Source: an uncultured Verrucomicrobiaceae bacterium (GTDB lineage: Bacteria; Verrucomicrobiota; Verrucomicrobiia; Verrucomicrobiales; Verrucomicrobiaceae). Taken from it: DNA of 64,000 nucleotides. A model generated the notes under the pieces. That model ran no database searches, was not told the DNA's origin, and saw nothing but the letters and a program-made list of their open reading frames with translations. Position numbers and translations under genes: made by a program. This document shows, piece after piece, positions 26,755 to 34,659 of the stretch; positions within the stretch are counted from its first letter, which is position 1; each line of letters begins with the position of its first letter. Location of the stretch: NCBI GenBank assembly GCA_942493005.1, contig OW818661.1, positions 2,791,060 to 2,855,059 of the forward strand, in the 5' to 3' direction.

Positions 26755-27008
26755 GGGAGGGCGATGCTAGCGCGCTGAGGCTGTGTAGCAAAGGAAACCT
26801 TTGACGTTTGCTGTTAGGTAGCCTGGGAAAAGGGCCTCAGGTGGCTATAAATCTTCCTTTTTGGGGCCAAATGTTGGACTTCGCTGCCTCTTGTGCCGTT
26901 TTTTTCACGTTTTGCCCTTCCCTCAACGAGGCTGAATCTGTAGCCCGCAGCTTCTCCTACCCGAAGCCATCATCTTGCACAGCCAGCCTTCCCAGACGTA
27001 AATCAGGC

Positions 27009-28175
27009 ATGTCCCTTTTCCCCTCCGAAGACGCCCGCCTCGCTGAATTCCCCCTTGCTCGCGACAGCATCTTCCTGGCTCATGCAGGCGTCACCATCCT
27101 GCCCCGCCGAGTGACCAAGGTGATGCAGGATTACCTGGAGGAAAGCTGCCTGCGCATGCAGGAATTCCCCGAGGCCTGGCGCGCTGTGAATGAGACCCGG
27201 GTGGTAGCCGCCCAAATGATCGGGGCCAAGGCCAACGAAATATCCCTCCTCGGTCCCACCTCCCTGGGCCTCAGCCTCGTCGCCAATGGCCTGGACTGGC
27301 AGCCGGGGGATGAGGTGGTGTGTTACCAGGACGACTACCCTGCCAATGTGTATCCCTGGACGGACCTCGTCCGTCACGGCGTGGTGGTGCGGCTTCTAAA
27401 GCCTGAAACTCCCGGAGCGATCACTCCGGAATTGGTCGAGGCCATGCTCACCCCCAAGACCAAACTCGTGGCCCTCGCCTCTTGCCATTTCCTTAGTGGT
27501 TACCGCATCCAGATTGATGCTATTGGCCAGATGCTGCGGGCGCGCGGGGTGCTTTTTTGCCTGGATGCCATCCAGACCCTGGGGGCCTTTGAAACCCTGG
27601 TGGACTATGTGGATTTTCTCTCTGCCGATTCTCACAAATGGATGCTGGGTCCCATGGCAGCGGGGATCGTCTATGTGCGGGAAGAGGTACAGGAGCGACT
27701 GCGCCCCACTTTGCTAGGCTCTTGGAATGTGCAAAGCCCCAACTTCATCGCCCAGGACACCATCGCTTTTGAAAAAGGTGGCCGCCGTTACGAACCGGGC
27801 GTCCTCAATGTCGTGGGCATTCTCGGCATGAAAGCCGGGCTAGAACTGCTGCTGGAACACGGCATCCCTGCCGTCAGCGCCCAGCTCCTGCGCCTGAAAA
27901 CCCGGCTCGTGCAGCGCCTGGAGCCTCTCGGCTTCCGCTTTCTCGGCCCCGTCTCCGGGCCAAATGCCTCAGGAATCACCACAGCCTGGCGTCCCGAAGG
28001 CAGCGGCCCCAGCGCCGCGAAGATCTACGATCACCTCACCCGCCAAAAAATCAGCCCCTCGCTGCGTTTTGACCGCGCTGGCCAGCCTTACCTGCGCTTC
28101 AGCCCCCATTTTTACAACACGGAGGCAGAAATGGACCGCGTGGTGGATGCCATCGCCGACACACCTATGGACTAA
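27009..28175 (+). CDS. class V aminotransferase-fold PLP enzyme (cysteine desulfurase/IscS-like family)
   Basis: PLP-lysine context LSADSHKWMLGP. About 388 aa from ATG 27009. The longer TTG-type extension was rejected. Confidence 0.8.
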   Translation: MSLFPSEDARLAEFPLARDSIFLAHAGVTILPRRVTKVMQDYLEESCLRMQEFPEAWRAVNETRVVAAQMIGAKANEISLLGPTSLGLSLVANGLDWQPGDEVVCYQDDYPANVYPWTDLVRHGVVVRLLKPETPGAITPELVEAMLTPKTKLVALASCHFLSGYRIQIDAIGQMLRARGVLFCLDAIQTLGAFETLVDYVDFLSADSHKWMLGPMAAGIVYVREEVQERLRPTLLGSWNVQSPNFIAQDTIAFEKGGRRYEPGVLNVVGILGMKAGLELLLEHGIPAVSAQLLRLKTRLVQRLEPLGFRFLGPVSGPNASGITTAWRPEGSGPSAAKIYDHLTRQKISPSLRFDRAGQPYLRFSPHFYNTEAEMDRVVDAIADTPMD

Positions 28176-28275
28176 ACCAGCGCGCCTAGTTCCCGCTGAA
28201 AGGACCACCAACACGAAGCTCGACAGGGCAGCCACTCCTCGCATAGCCTAACCGGAAATTTAGAAATTCCGCGAT

Positions 28276-28869
28276 ATGGCCAAAAAAGCGCTGCTTAAAA
28301 AAAACGTGGTCGCAAAACCTACCGCCCGGAGCAAAAAGCCCGTTCCAGTCGCAAAAAAGAAATCTGCTGCCGCCAAGCCCACAGGGAAACCAGCCCCCAA
28401 GGCAGCTAAACCACCCGCTAAAGCCGCCCCAGAGCCCCTCCTCATGCCACCGACGCCCCCTGTGGCACCTCCCACCCCAGTCCCAGAACCGACTCTGGAA
28501 ATTGCAGCCTCTGGATTACCCAAAACCGTGCCGCTGACTGTCAGTGTCCAGACTTCTCAAGGCCTGGCAGCAAATGGCAATACCCATCCGGCCAATCTCT
28601 TGGTCATCGTCACCTGCGCAGGCTGGCCTGTGACGGAACTGGATAAAAACCACTTTACCCTCATGGAGCACTTTGAAGTGCCCGGACAAGTGGCTTCCTT
28701 CAGCAACAGCATCAGTTCCTTCCGCAATGCTGGCACGGGAGCTTACCTTTTGCAGACCAAACCCATCAACGGGGCCCCCTGGAAAACAGGTCATCACCTG
28801 GGCCAGCTCCTGGTCTCAAATTCCGAAGACCAGCAGGGACAGGCCGCTTTCAAGCTCATTGTGCGGTAA
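28276..28869 (+). CDS. hypothetical protein with histone-H1-like K/A/P-rich N-terminal tail and beta-rich C-terminal domain
   Basis: MAKKALLKKNVVAKPTARSKKPVPVAKKKSAAAKPTGKPAPKAAKPPAKAAPEP, followed by a Pro-rich linker and a ~115-aa globular region. Confidence 0.55.
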   Translation: MAKKALLKKNVVAKPTARSKKPVPVAKKKSAAAKPTGKPAPKAAKPPAKAAPEPLLMPPTPPVAPPTPVPEPTLEIAASGLPKTVPLTVSVQTSQGLAANGNTHPANLLVIVTCAGWPVTELDKNHFTLMEHFEVPGQVASFSNSISSFRNAGTGAYLLQTKPINGAPWKTGHHLGQLLVSNSEDQQGQAAFKLIVR

Positions 28870-28942
28870 AACTGCCCGAACCTTTGATTTTCAGCCCTGA
28901 GAAAATCGAAATCGTCCTTGCAATGTCACCGTGAGTTTTTAA

Positions 28943-28964
28943 TCTTCGTATGCTTGTGAAATTT
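28943..28964. promoter_or_regulatory. candidate CRP/FNR-family operator (TGTGA-N6-TCACA)
   Basis: Inverted repeat gcttgtgaaa-tt-tttcacaagc (two perfect 10-nt arms). The core tgtga (28946-28950) aatttt tcaca (28957-28961) is centred ~50 nt upstream of the actE ATG (29005). Confidence 0.5.
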
Positions 28965-29004
28965 TTCACAAGCTCAGATCAGGCGTCCCTCGCCAGCTCG
29001 TTCC

Positions 29005-29670
29005 ATGAAATATTTCTTCCTCAGCTACCTCTTTGTTGCCGCGATCGTCGTCGCTGCCTTTGGCACACGTGGCAGCAAGTCTGAATTGCCGCCCCTGGAA
29101 ATCTTCCAAGACATGGATCACCAGGCCAAAGTGAAGTACCAAGCCAAGAGTGACTTCTTTGCCGATGGCCTCGGTGCACGTCGCCCAGTCAAAGGCACGG
29201 TGCCTGTGGGTTTCGAGCTTCCAGCCAAGGCAGCCTCCTCCCCGGACTTCAAGCCACCTCACTACGGCTTCACCAACGGTCTCGACTATTACAACACGGG
29301 CAAAATCGGTGACTATTATGGCGACGGTCTCCCCCAGGAAGTGATGCTCAACAAGGCCCTCCTGGAGCGCGGCGAACGCCAGTACAACATTTATTGCGCC
29401 GTTTGTCATGGTGCTTCCGGAAACGGCAAAGGCATCACCTCGAAGTACGGCATCATGACCGCCTTTAACCTTCAGCAGAATGGCAGCACCGACCCCGCCA
29501 ATGCAGGCGCTTACCGCGCTGATGGAGCCATTTACGATGTGATCACGAACGGCAAAGGACTGATGGGCCCCTACGGCGGCAACATCACCGTTCAAGATCG
29601 CTGGGCCATTGTGGCCTACATCCGCGCCATGCAGGTGGCGGTGAAGGAAAACAACGTGTCCGTCCAGTAA
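29005..29670 (+). CDS. actE: alternative complex III monoheme cytochrome c subunit ActE-like
   Basis: N-terminal TM. FQDMDHQAKVKYQAKSDFFADG..RPVKGTVPVG pattern. Single CAVCHG heme site. C-terminal DRWAIVAYIRAMQ. Confidence 0.72.
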   Translation: MKYFFLSYLFVAAIVVAAFGTRGSKSELPPLEIFQDMDHQAKVKYQAKSDFFADGLGARRPVKGTVPVGFELPAKAASSPDFKPPHYGFTNGLDYYNTGKIGDYYGDGLPQEVMLNKALLERGERQYNIYCAVCHGASGNGKGITSKYGIMTAFNLQQNGSTDPANAGAYRADGAIYDVITNGKGLMGPYGGNITVQDRWAIVAYIRAMQVAVKENNVSVQ

Positions 29671-29688
29671 CAGCAGGCATTTTAAGGC

Positions 29689-31065
29689 ATGAGTCACCAC
29701 GTCACATTCAACGACCTGCCCCCGGGCGGTGAGAAATTCGAACCCGCCAAAGGCGGCAAGCTCATCAGCGCCTTCGGTGCTGCAGGCGCGCTGGGCATCG
29801 CAGGCTCTGCCTACATGTTCTACGCAAAGCCAGATGTTTTTGCATATAGCTGGCTGTTCGCCTTCTTCTTTGCATTCACCTTCGTTTGCGGGGGCTGCTT
29901 CTGGATTCTTCTTCACAGTGCTTCCAACTCGGGTTGGGGTGTGGCCGTGCGTCGTCTCTGGGAGCAAATGGCCAACATGGTCCTGCCGCTTGTTTTCCTG
30001 GGCATTCCCCTCCTCTTCCCTCAGGTGCAGACGCATCTCTATGAGTGGATGAATCACCACCGCGAGGCCAAGACACAGTTGGTCGCTTCCGAGCACGCTG
30101 GCGCTGACAAACACGCTGAAACTGCTGCGGCACCTGCCCATGATGAAGGCGAAGAGCATCACGCTCCGCATACGATCAAAGAGCAGCTTCATCACAACTC
30201 CCTCAGCAATCCGCACCTCCACATCCTGGTCGAGAAGTATGGCTATCTGAACGTGGACGCTTGGTATTTCCGCTTCGCTTTCTACTTCTTCATCCTCTGG
30301 CACATCGCCCGGACGCTTCGCAAAAAGTCGGTCAAGCAGGATGAAGATGGTGACATCACTCACACCATCAAATCCCGCACCTTCTCCTGCCGCTGGCTCC
30401 TATTCTACGCCCTGACCGTCACCTTCGCGGCCGTGGATTGGCTGATGACCCTCGACTATTCTTGGTTCTCGACCATGTGGGGCGTTTATATCTTCGCCGG
30501 TTGCGCCTGGGCCTCCATGGCCCTCACAATCCTCCTCGTTACCTGGCTCAAGGGCCTCGGGTACATGAAGCAGGTCGTTACTGAGGAGCATTACCACCTC
30601 ATGGGTAAGCTGCTCTTCGCTTTCACGGTGTTCTGGGCTTACATCGCCTTCAGCCAGTATTTCCTGATCTGGTACGCCAACATCACGGAGGAAACTCGTT
30701 TCTACCTGACCCGTAACACCGAAGGCTGGCGCTGGGTGTCCATGTTCATCGTCGTGGGCCACTTCATCGGCCCGTTTGTCCTTCTCCTCTCCCAATCCCG
30801 CAAGAAGAACCCTGTCGCTGTCTGCTTGATCTGCCTTTGGATTCTCTTCATGCATCTGGTGGACATCTACTGGAACGTCATCCCTGAGCGCGGCCCTTCC
30901 CTCGGCCTCGGCTGGTGGGTGGACGGTGCTTGGGTCGGTGATGTGATCGCCTTGTTTGCCGTTGTCGGCACCATGGGCTTCATCTTCCTCCGCAGCCTTT
31001 CCCGTTACAGCCTCTATCCCTGCCGCGACCCGCGCCTTCTCGAGTCCGCCAACGTCATCAACTGA
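29689..31065 (+). CDS. actF: alternative complex III membrane subunit ActF-like (NrfD/PsrC-like)
   Basis: Polytopic protein. SGWGVAVRRLWE, VDWLMTLDYSWFSTMWGVYIF and FSQYFLIWYANITEE match the remembered ActF motifs (SIDPHWFSTLFGWY / FSQFMLIWYANIPEE). Confidence 0.72.
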   Translation: MSHHVTFNDLPPGGEKFEPAKGGKLISAFGAAGALGIAGSAYMFYAKPDVFAYSWLFAFFFAFTFVCGGCFWILLHSASNSGWGVAVRRLWEQMANMVLPLVFLGIPLLFPQVQTHLYEWMNHHREAKTQLVASEHAGADKHAETAAAPAHDEGEEHHAPHTIKEQLHHNSLSNPHLHILVEKYGYLNVDAWYFRFAFYFFILWHIARTLRKKSVKQDEDGDITHTIKSRTFSCRWLLFYALTVTFAAVDWLMTLDYSWFSTMWGVYIFAGCAWASMALTILLVTWLKGLGYMKQVVTEEHYHLMGKLLFAFTVFWAYIAFSQYFLIWYANITEETRFYLTRNTEGWRWVSMFIVVGHFIGPFVLLLSQSRKKNPVAVCLICLWILFMHLVDIYWNVIPERGPSLGLGWWVDGAWVGDVIALFAVVGTMGFIFLRSLSRYSLYPCRDPRLLESANVIN

Positions 31066-31073
31066 TTCTTTTC

Positions 31074-31457
31074 ATGTCTTCGACTGCTACCAATTCGAAA
31101 GCCGGAGCCACCTTTCTTTGGGTGCTTGGCGCATTCGCCAGCTTCGCCGTGCTGTTTTACGTAATTCAGGCCTCCTTTGCCACTCAGGGCGCTGAAGATC
31201 CACGTGCCCCAGAGCGTTTGGCCAACAAGGAAGAAATCCTCAAGGCTCAAAACGAACTCATCACCAAGATGGGCCTGAAAGACTCTGAGAAAAAAGCCGC
31301 CATCTTCGCTAAGACCCTTGAAACCCTGAAGGCCAAACCAGCCGGTGCCAGCACTCAGGTCGTCCCTGGTTCTCCTACTCAACTGAAACAGGCGGCCGCA
31401 CCGGCCCCAGCTGCTCCGGCTCCCGCCGCCCCTGCAGCGACTCCTCCTGCGAACTGA
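31074..31457 (+). CDS. small single-pass membrane protein with A/P-rich tail
   Basis: 127 aa. TM segment FLWVLGAFASFAVLFYVI. Tightly packed between actF and the CcoN-like gene. No family recognised. Confidence 0.5.
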   Translation: MSSTATNSKAGATFLWVLGAFASFAVLFYVIQASFATQGAEDPRAPERLANKEEILKAQNELITKMGLKDSEKKAAIFAKTLETLKAKPAGASTQVVPGSPTQLKQAAAPAPAAPAPAAPAATPPAN

Positions 31458-31478
31458 TCTTTTTTGCCCCTGGTACCT

Positions 31479-32957
31479 ATGCAGACCTCCCCAGCATCCA
31501 CGGACACCCTCACTGACAACATTCGCCGTGCGGCGATTGATAAGTCAGTGAAAGGCCCGGTGCTCTTCCTCTTCCTCAACGGCGCTTTCTGGCTGATGGC
31601 TTCCACCATCCTGGGCGTCCTTGCCGCCATCAAGCAGTTCGCTCCCGACTTCCTCGGCGCATGCAGCGTGCTCCAATACGGTCGCCTTCAGCCGACTCAC
31701 CTTAACGCACTCGTTTATGGATGGGGTGTTCAGGCAGGCCTGGGCGCCATGCTCTGGATCATGGCTCGTCGTTCCGGTCAGGAACTTCGCACAGGTAAAA
31801 GCGTCCTCTACGTGGCCGCCATCTTCTGGAACATCGCCGTCACCATCGGTCTGGTTGCCATCCTGCTGGGTAAAAGCACCTCCATGCAGTGGCTGGAAAT
31901 GCCCTCCTTCATCTGGCCAGTGCTGTTGATTAGCTTCCTCGCGTTCGCTTGGCCCATGGTGTTCATGTTTGGCCGCGCTTTCCGCCCTGAAGGTTTCATG
32001 GTCAGCACCTGGTATATCATCGGTGCCTGCTTCTGGTTCCCTTGGATTTTCGTGACCGCCAACGTCGCCCTTCATTGCCTTCCCGGCCTGGGTGCCCTGG
32101 GTGCTGGTATCAATGCTTGGTACGTTCACACGATGATCCTTCTGTTCTTCGCTCCTGTGGCGATCGGTGCAGCTTATTACTTCATCCCTAAAATCACCGG
32201 CCAACCCATCGCCAGCTCCCAGCTTTCTCAGATTGGTTTCTGGCTTCTGGCAGTTCTCGGAGGTTGGACGGGTATGCAGCATTACATGGGCGGTCCTCTT
32301 CCGGCCTGGATGCCAGCCATCGGCGCTGCTACGGGTGTTCTTCTTTTGATCCCTGTCGGTGTTGTCGGTCTGAATCATCACCTCACCACGCTGGGCAAGC
32401 ACAGCATGGTCGCCTCCAGCCCAACCCTGCGTTTCGTATTCTTTGGAGCTCTCTTTTACCCAGTGAGCGGAGCCATCCTGGCCCTGATCTCCAACTTCTC
32501 CACGGGTGCTGCCCTGCAGTTCACCCAGGCTTGGTATGGTTTCCAGATCGTTGCTGTCTATGGTTTCTTCAGCATGACCATCTTCGGGGCAATCTATTAC
32601 ATCGTTCCTCGCCTCACAGGTTGTGAATGGCTCTCGGTTCGCCTCATCCGCAATCACTTCTGGTTCTCGGTCTATGGTATCGGTGCCATCGTTGTGACCA
32701 GCTTCGTCGCGGGTGCCCAGCAAGGCGGCGACCTGAACTCCCCAGAAATGTGGGACCAGGATTTCATGCAGCTCACGCTGAACCTTCGCCCTTACATCAT
32801 CGCCCGCGCTATCGCTTGGGGCCTGATCACTTGGTCCAATGTTTGGTTCCTGATCCATCTCATGCTCATGGTTGCCGGTCTTGGCCGCCGCAGCTCTGCC
32901 CCGACGCTGCTTGAGCATGATCACGAAGAAGCCCTTCCCCACGCCGCCCACGCATGA
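31479..32957 (+). CDS. cbb3-type oxidase subunit I (CcoN)-like protein lacking several canonical metal-ligand histidines
   Basis: Collinear with FixN/CcoN (YGRLQPTHLNAL, NAWYVHT, AAYYFIPK, GLNHHLTTL, AIYYIVPR). However, the HH pair reads QH, and the helix-X HxH region reads AWYGFQIVAVYGF. ATG at 31479 (TTG at 31464 is possible). Confidence 0.8.
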   Translation: MQTSPASTDTLTDNIRRAAIDKSVKGPVLFLFLNGAFWLMASTILGVLAAIKQFAPDFLGACSVLQYGRLQPTHLNALVYGWGVQAGLGAMLWIMARRSGQELRTGKSVLYVAAIFWNIAVTIGLVAILLGKSTSMQWLEMPSFIWPVLLISFLAFAWPMVFMFGRAFRPEGFMVSTWYIIGACFWFPWIFVTANVALHCLPGLGALGAGINAWYVHTMILLFFAPVAIGAAYYFIPKITGQPIASSQLSQIGFWLLAVLGGWTGMQHYMGGPLPAWMPAIGAATGVLLLIPVGVVGLNHHLTTLGKHSMVASSPTLRFVFFGALFYPVSGAILALISNFSTGAALQFTQAWYGFQIVAVYGFFSMTIFGAIYYIVPRLTGCEWLSVRLIRNHFWFSVYGIGAIVVTSFVAGAQQGGDLNSPEMWDQDFMQLTLNLRPYIIARAIAWGLITWSNVWFLIHLMLMVAGLGRRSSAPTLLEHDHEEALPHAAHA

Positions 32958-33643
32958 GCCAGTTCCGCACCTTTATTCTCGCCCTCATCGCCAGCTTTGG
33001 TCTTCCTTGGCTGTGCCTGATCGTCGTCCCGGCCCTCAAGTATCAGGCCCTCACCCAAATCGCTTACGACAAGGATCGTGACGGTGTGGAAGGTCTGTAC
33101 CCGCCTGCCCCAATCAATCGCCAAGGCCAGTTGGTCTATGCTCGTGAAGGTTGCGTCCAGTGCCACACGCAGATGATCCGGCCAACGCAGCTTGCCCTCG
33201 ATGGCTGGCGCAAGGGCTGGGGCCAGGACCAGGAAGCCCGCCCGGCTGCCGCTATCCGCTCGAATAACCTTCGTGACTATCTGGGTGAGCCCTTCGCTTT
33301 CCTCGGTGTTCAGCGCAACGGTCCAGATCTCGCTAACTACGGTTGGCGTGCTCCAGAGCGCAGCAAGATCCACCAGATGCTGTTCGCTCCCCGGTCCCTT
33401 CACGACTGGTCCAACATGCCTTCCTTTGCTCACCTTTACACGGAACGCCTCGCCCAGGGTCAGCCTGCTGACAAAGCGCTGAAGCTGCCGAAGAAATTTG
33501 CCGTCAAAGAAGGTTATGAAGTGATCCCAACGCCTGAAGCTGAAGCCCTGGTGGATTACCTCCTCTCCCTCAAGAAAGATTACCCTGTTCCTGGCGAATC
33601 CGCCGCTGTCGCTGCAGCCCCTGCTGCTGCCGCCAAGAAATAA
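32954..33643 (+). CDS. ccoO: cbb3-type oxidase monoheme subunit II (CcoO/FixO)-like
   Basis: ATGA overlap with the preceding gene. N-terminal TM. VYAREGCVQCHTQMIRP heme site. GVQRNGPDLANYG and SNMPSFAHLY motifs. Confidence 0.8.
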   Translation: MSQFRTFILALIASFGLPWLCLIVVPALKYQALTQIAYDKDRDGVEGLYPPAPINRQGQLVYAREGCVQCHTQMIRPTQLALDGWRKGWGQDQEARPAAAIRSNNLRDYLGEPFAFLGVQRNGPDLANYGWRAPERSKIHQMLFAPRSLHDWSNMPSFAHLYTERLAQGQPADKALKLPKKFAVKEGYEVIPTPEAEALVDYLLSLKKDYPVPGESAAVAAAPAAAAKK

Positions 33644-33670
33644 TTTTCGGAACACTCGCGACCCCCGCCC

Positions 33671-34390
33671 ATGAGCGCTCCTTCCTCCTTCCCAAATCCC
33701 GACAGCAACGATCTGGACCGTCTTCACGCCGCTGTGAAGCGCGAAAAAGCCGATCTGGCCCCAGGCACCGAACCCGCACCAATGTGGGTCATCTTCCTGT
33801 TCATGATCGTCGCCATCATCGCCGGCGGCCAGCTTGGCCCGATGACCGGGGGTTACAGTTTTGATGTCAGCAACCCTTTCACGGCCTCCAAATCTGCGGA
33901 CCCTCGCGGTGATGACGGTGGTGGTGTGGCAGCTGCTGACCCTTTCCAGACCGCCATGAAAAAAGGTGCCAATGCTTACGCTGTATGCGGTGGTTGCCAT
34001 CAGGGCAACGGGGCAGGTCTCGCTGGACAGTATCCGCCACTTGCAGGTTCTGAGTGGGTTCTGGGAGGCACCGAGCGTCTGATCCGCGTGGTTCAACACG
34101 GTTTGATCGGTCAGGTCACGGTCAAAGGACAGAACTACAACTTCCCCGGCGGTATGCAGGCCTTCGGTGCTGGCATGTCCGCGACGGACCTCGCAAATGT
34201 GTTGACTTACATCCGCAATACTTGGGGTAACGAAGCTCCGATGATCACCAAAGAAATGGTCGAAAAAGTCCGTGCTGATGAAAAGCGCGCCACTCAGTGG
34301 ACTATGGCCGATCTGGAAGCTTTCAAAGATAAAAACGTCCCTGGAGACATCCCAGCAGGCCCGGGCGCCACAGCCCCTGCCGCTAAGTAA
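33671..34390 (+). CDS. membrane-anchored monoheme c-type cytochrome
   Basis: TM segment MWVIFLFMIVAIIAGG. Single CGGCHQGNGAG site. GGMQAFG..LANVLTYIRNTWGN, typical of class I cytochrome c. Confidence 0.8.
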   Translation: MSAPSSFPNPDSNDLDRLHAAVKREKADLAPGTEPAPMWVIFLFMIVAIIAGGQLGPMTGGYSFDVSNPFTASKSADPRGDDGGGVAAADPFQTAMKKGANAYAVCGGCHQGNGAGLAGQYPPLAGSEWVLGGTERLIRVVQHGLIGQVTVKGQNYNFPGGMQAFGAGMSATDLANVLTYIRNTWGNEAPMITKEMVEKVRADEKRATQWTMADLEAFKDKNVPGDIPAGPGATAPAAK

Positions 34391-34659
34391 TCGAGAGATC
34401 TATTTTCATGTTCCGCAAATGGCAATCCGTTGACGGCAAGGCTCCCCAGGAAGCCTCAGTCGCGGTGTGGCCAGTCGAACAAAATGTTATGTTACCGACG
34501 ATGGTCCGGCTTGCGCTGAGCCATCGTTGCTTGTCGCTAAAAACCAGGGGTTCCAGGTCCTCTTTTTCAGCCACTTTTATCCCTCACTTTTTTGCCATCT
34601 AGGCCACGTCTTTTCACTCTTTCGCCACGTAGCTTTCGGGTTCCTTTTTCAATCATCTT

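Noticed and set aside
26891-26908. tgtgccgtttttttcacg, a second CRP-like site upstream of the aminotransferase gene.
   Set aside because: The half-sites are imperfect (TGTGC / TCACG) and the spacing is 7 rather than 6. Not convincing on its own.
28291-28306. A8 tract near the 5' end of the histone-like gene, considered as a phase-variation switch.
   Set aside because: It simply encodes Lys-Lys-Asn in a lysine-rich protein. The tract is short for slipped-strand switching, and there is no supporting evidence.
28966-34099. Long antisense ORFs (28966..30363, 31545..32951, 32921..34099) opposite actE/actF, the CcoN-like gene and ccoO.
   Set aside because: Each lies opposite a gene with clear family motifs. 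None shows a recognisable motif, and composition is skewed to G/R/A/H.
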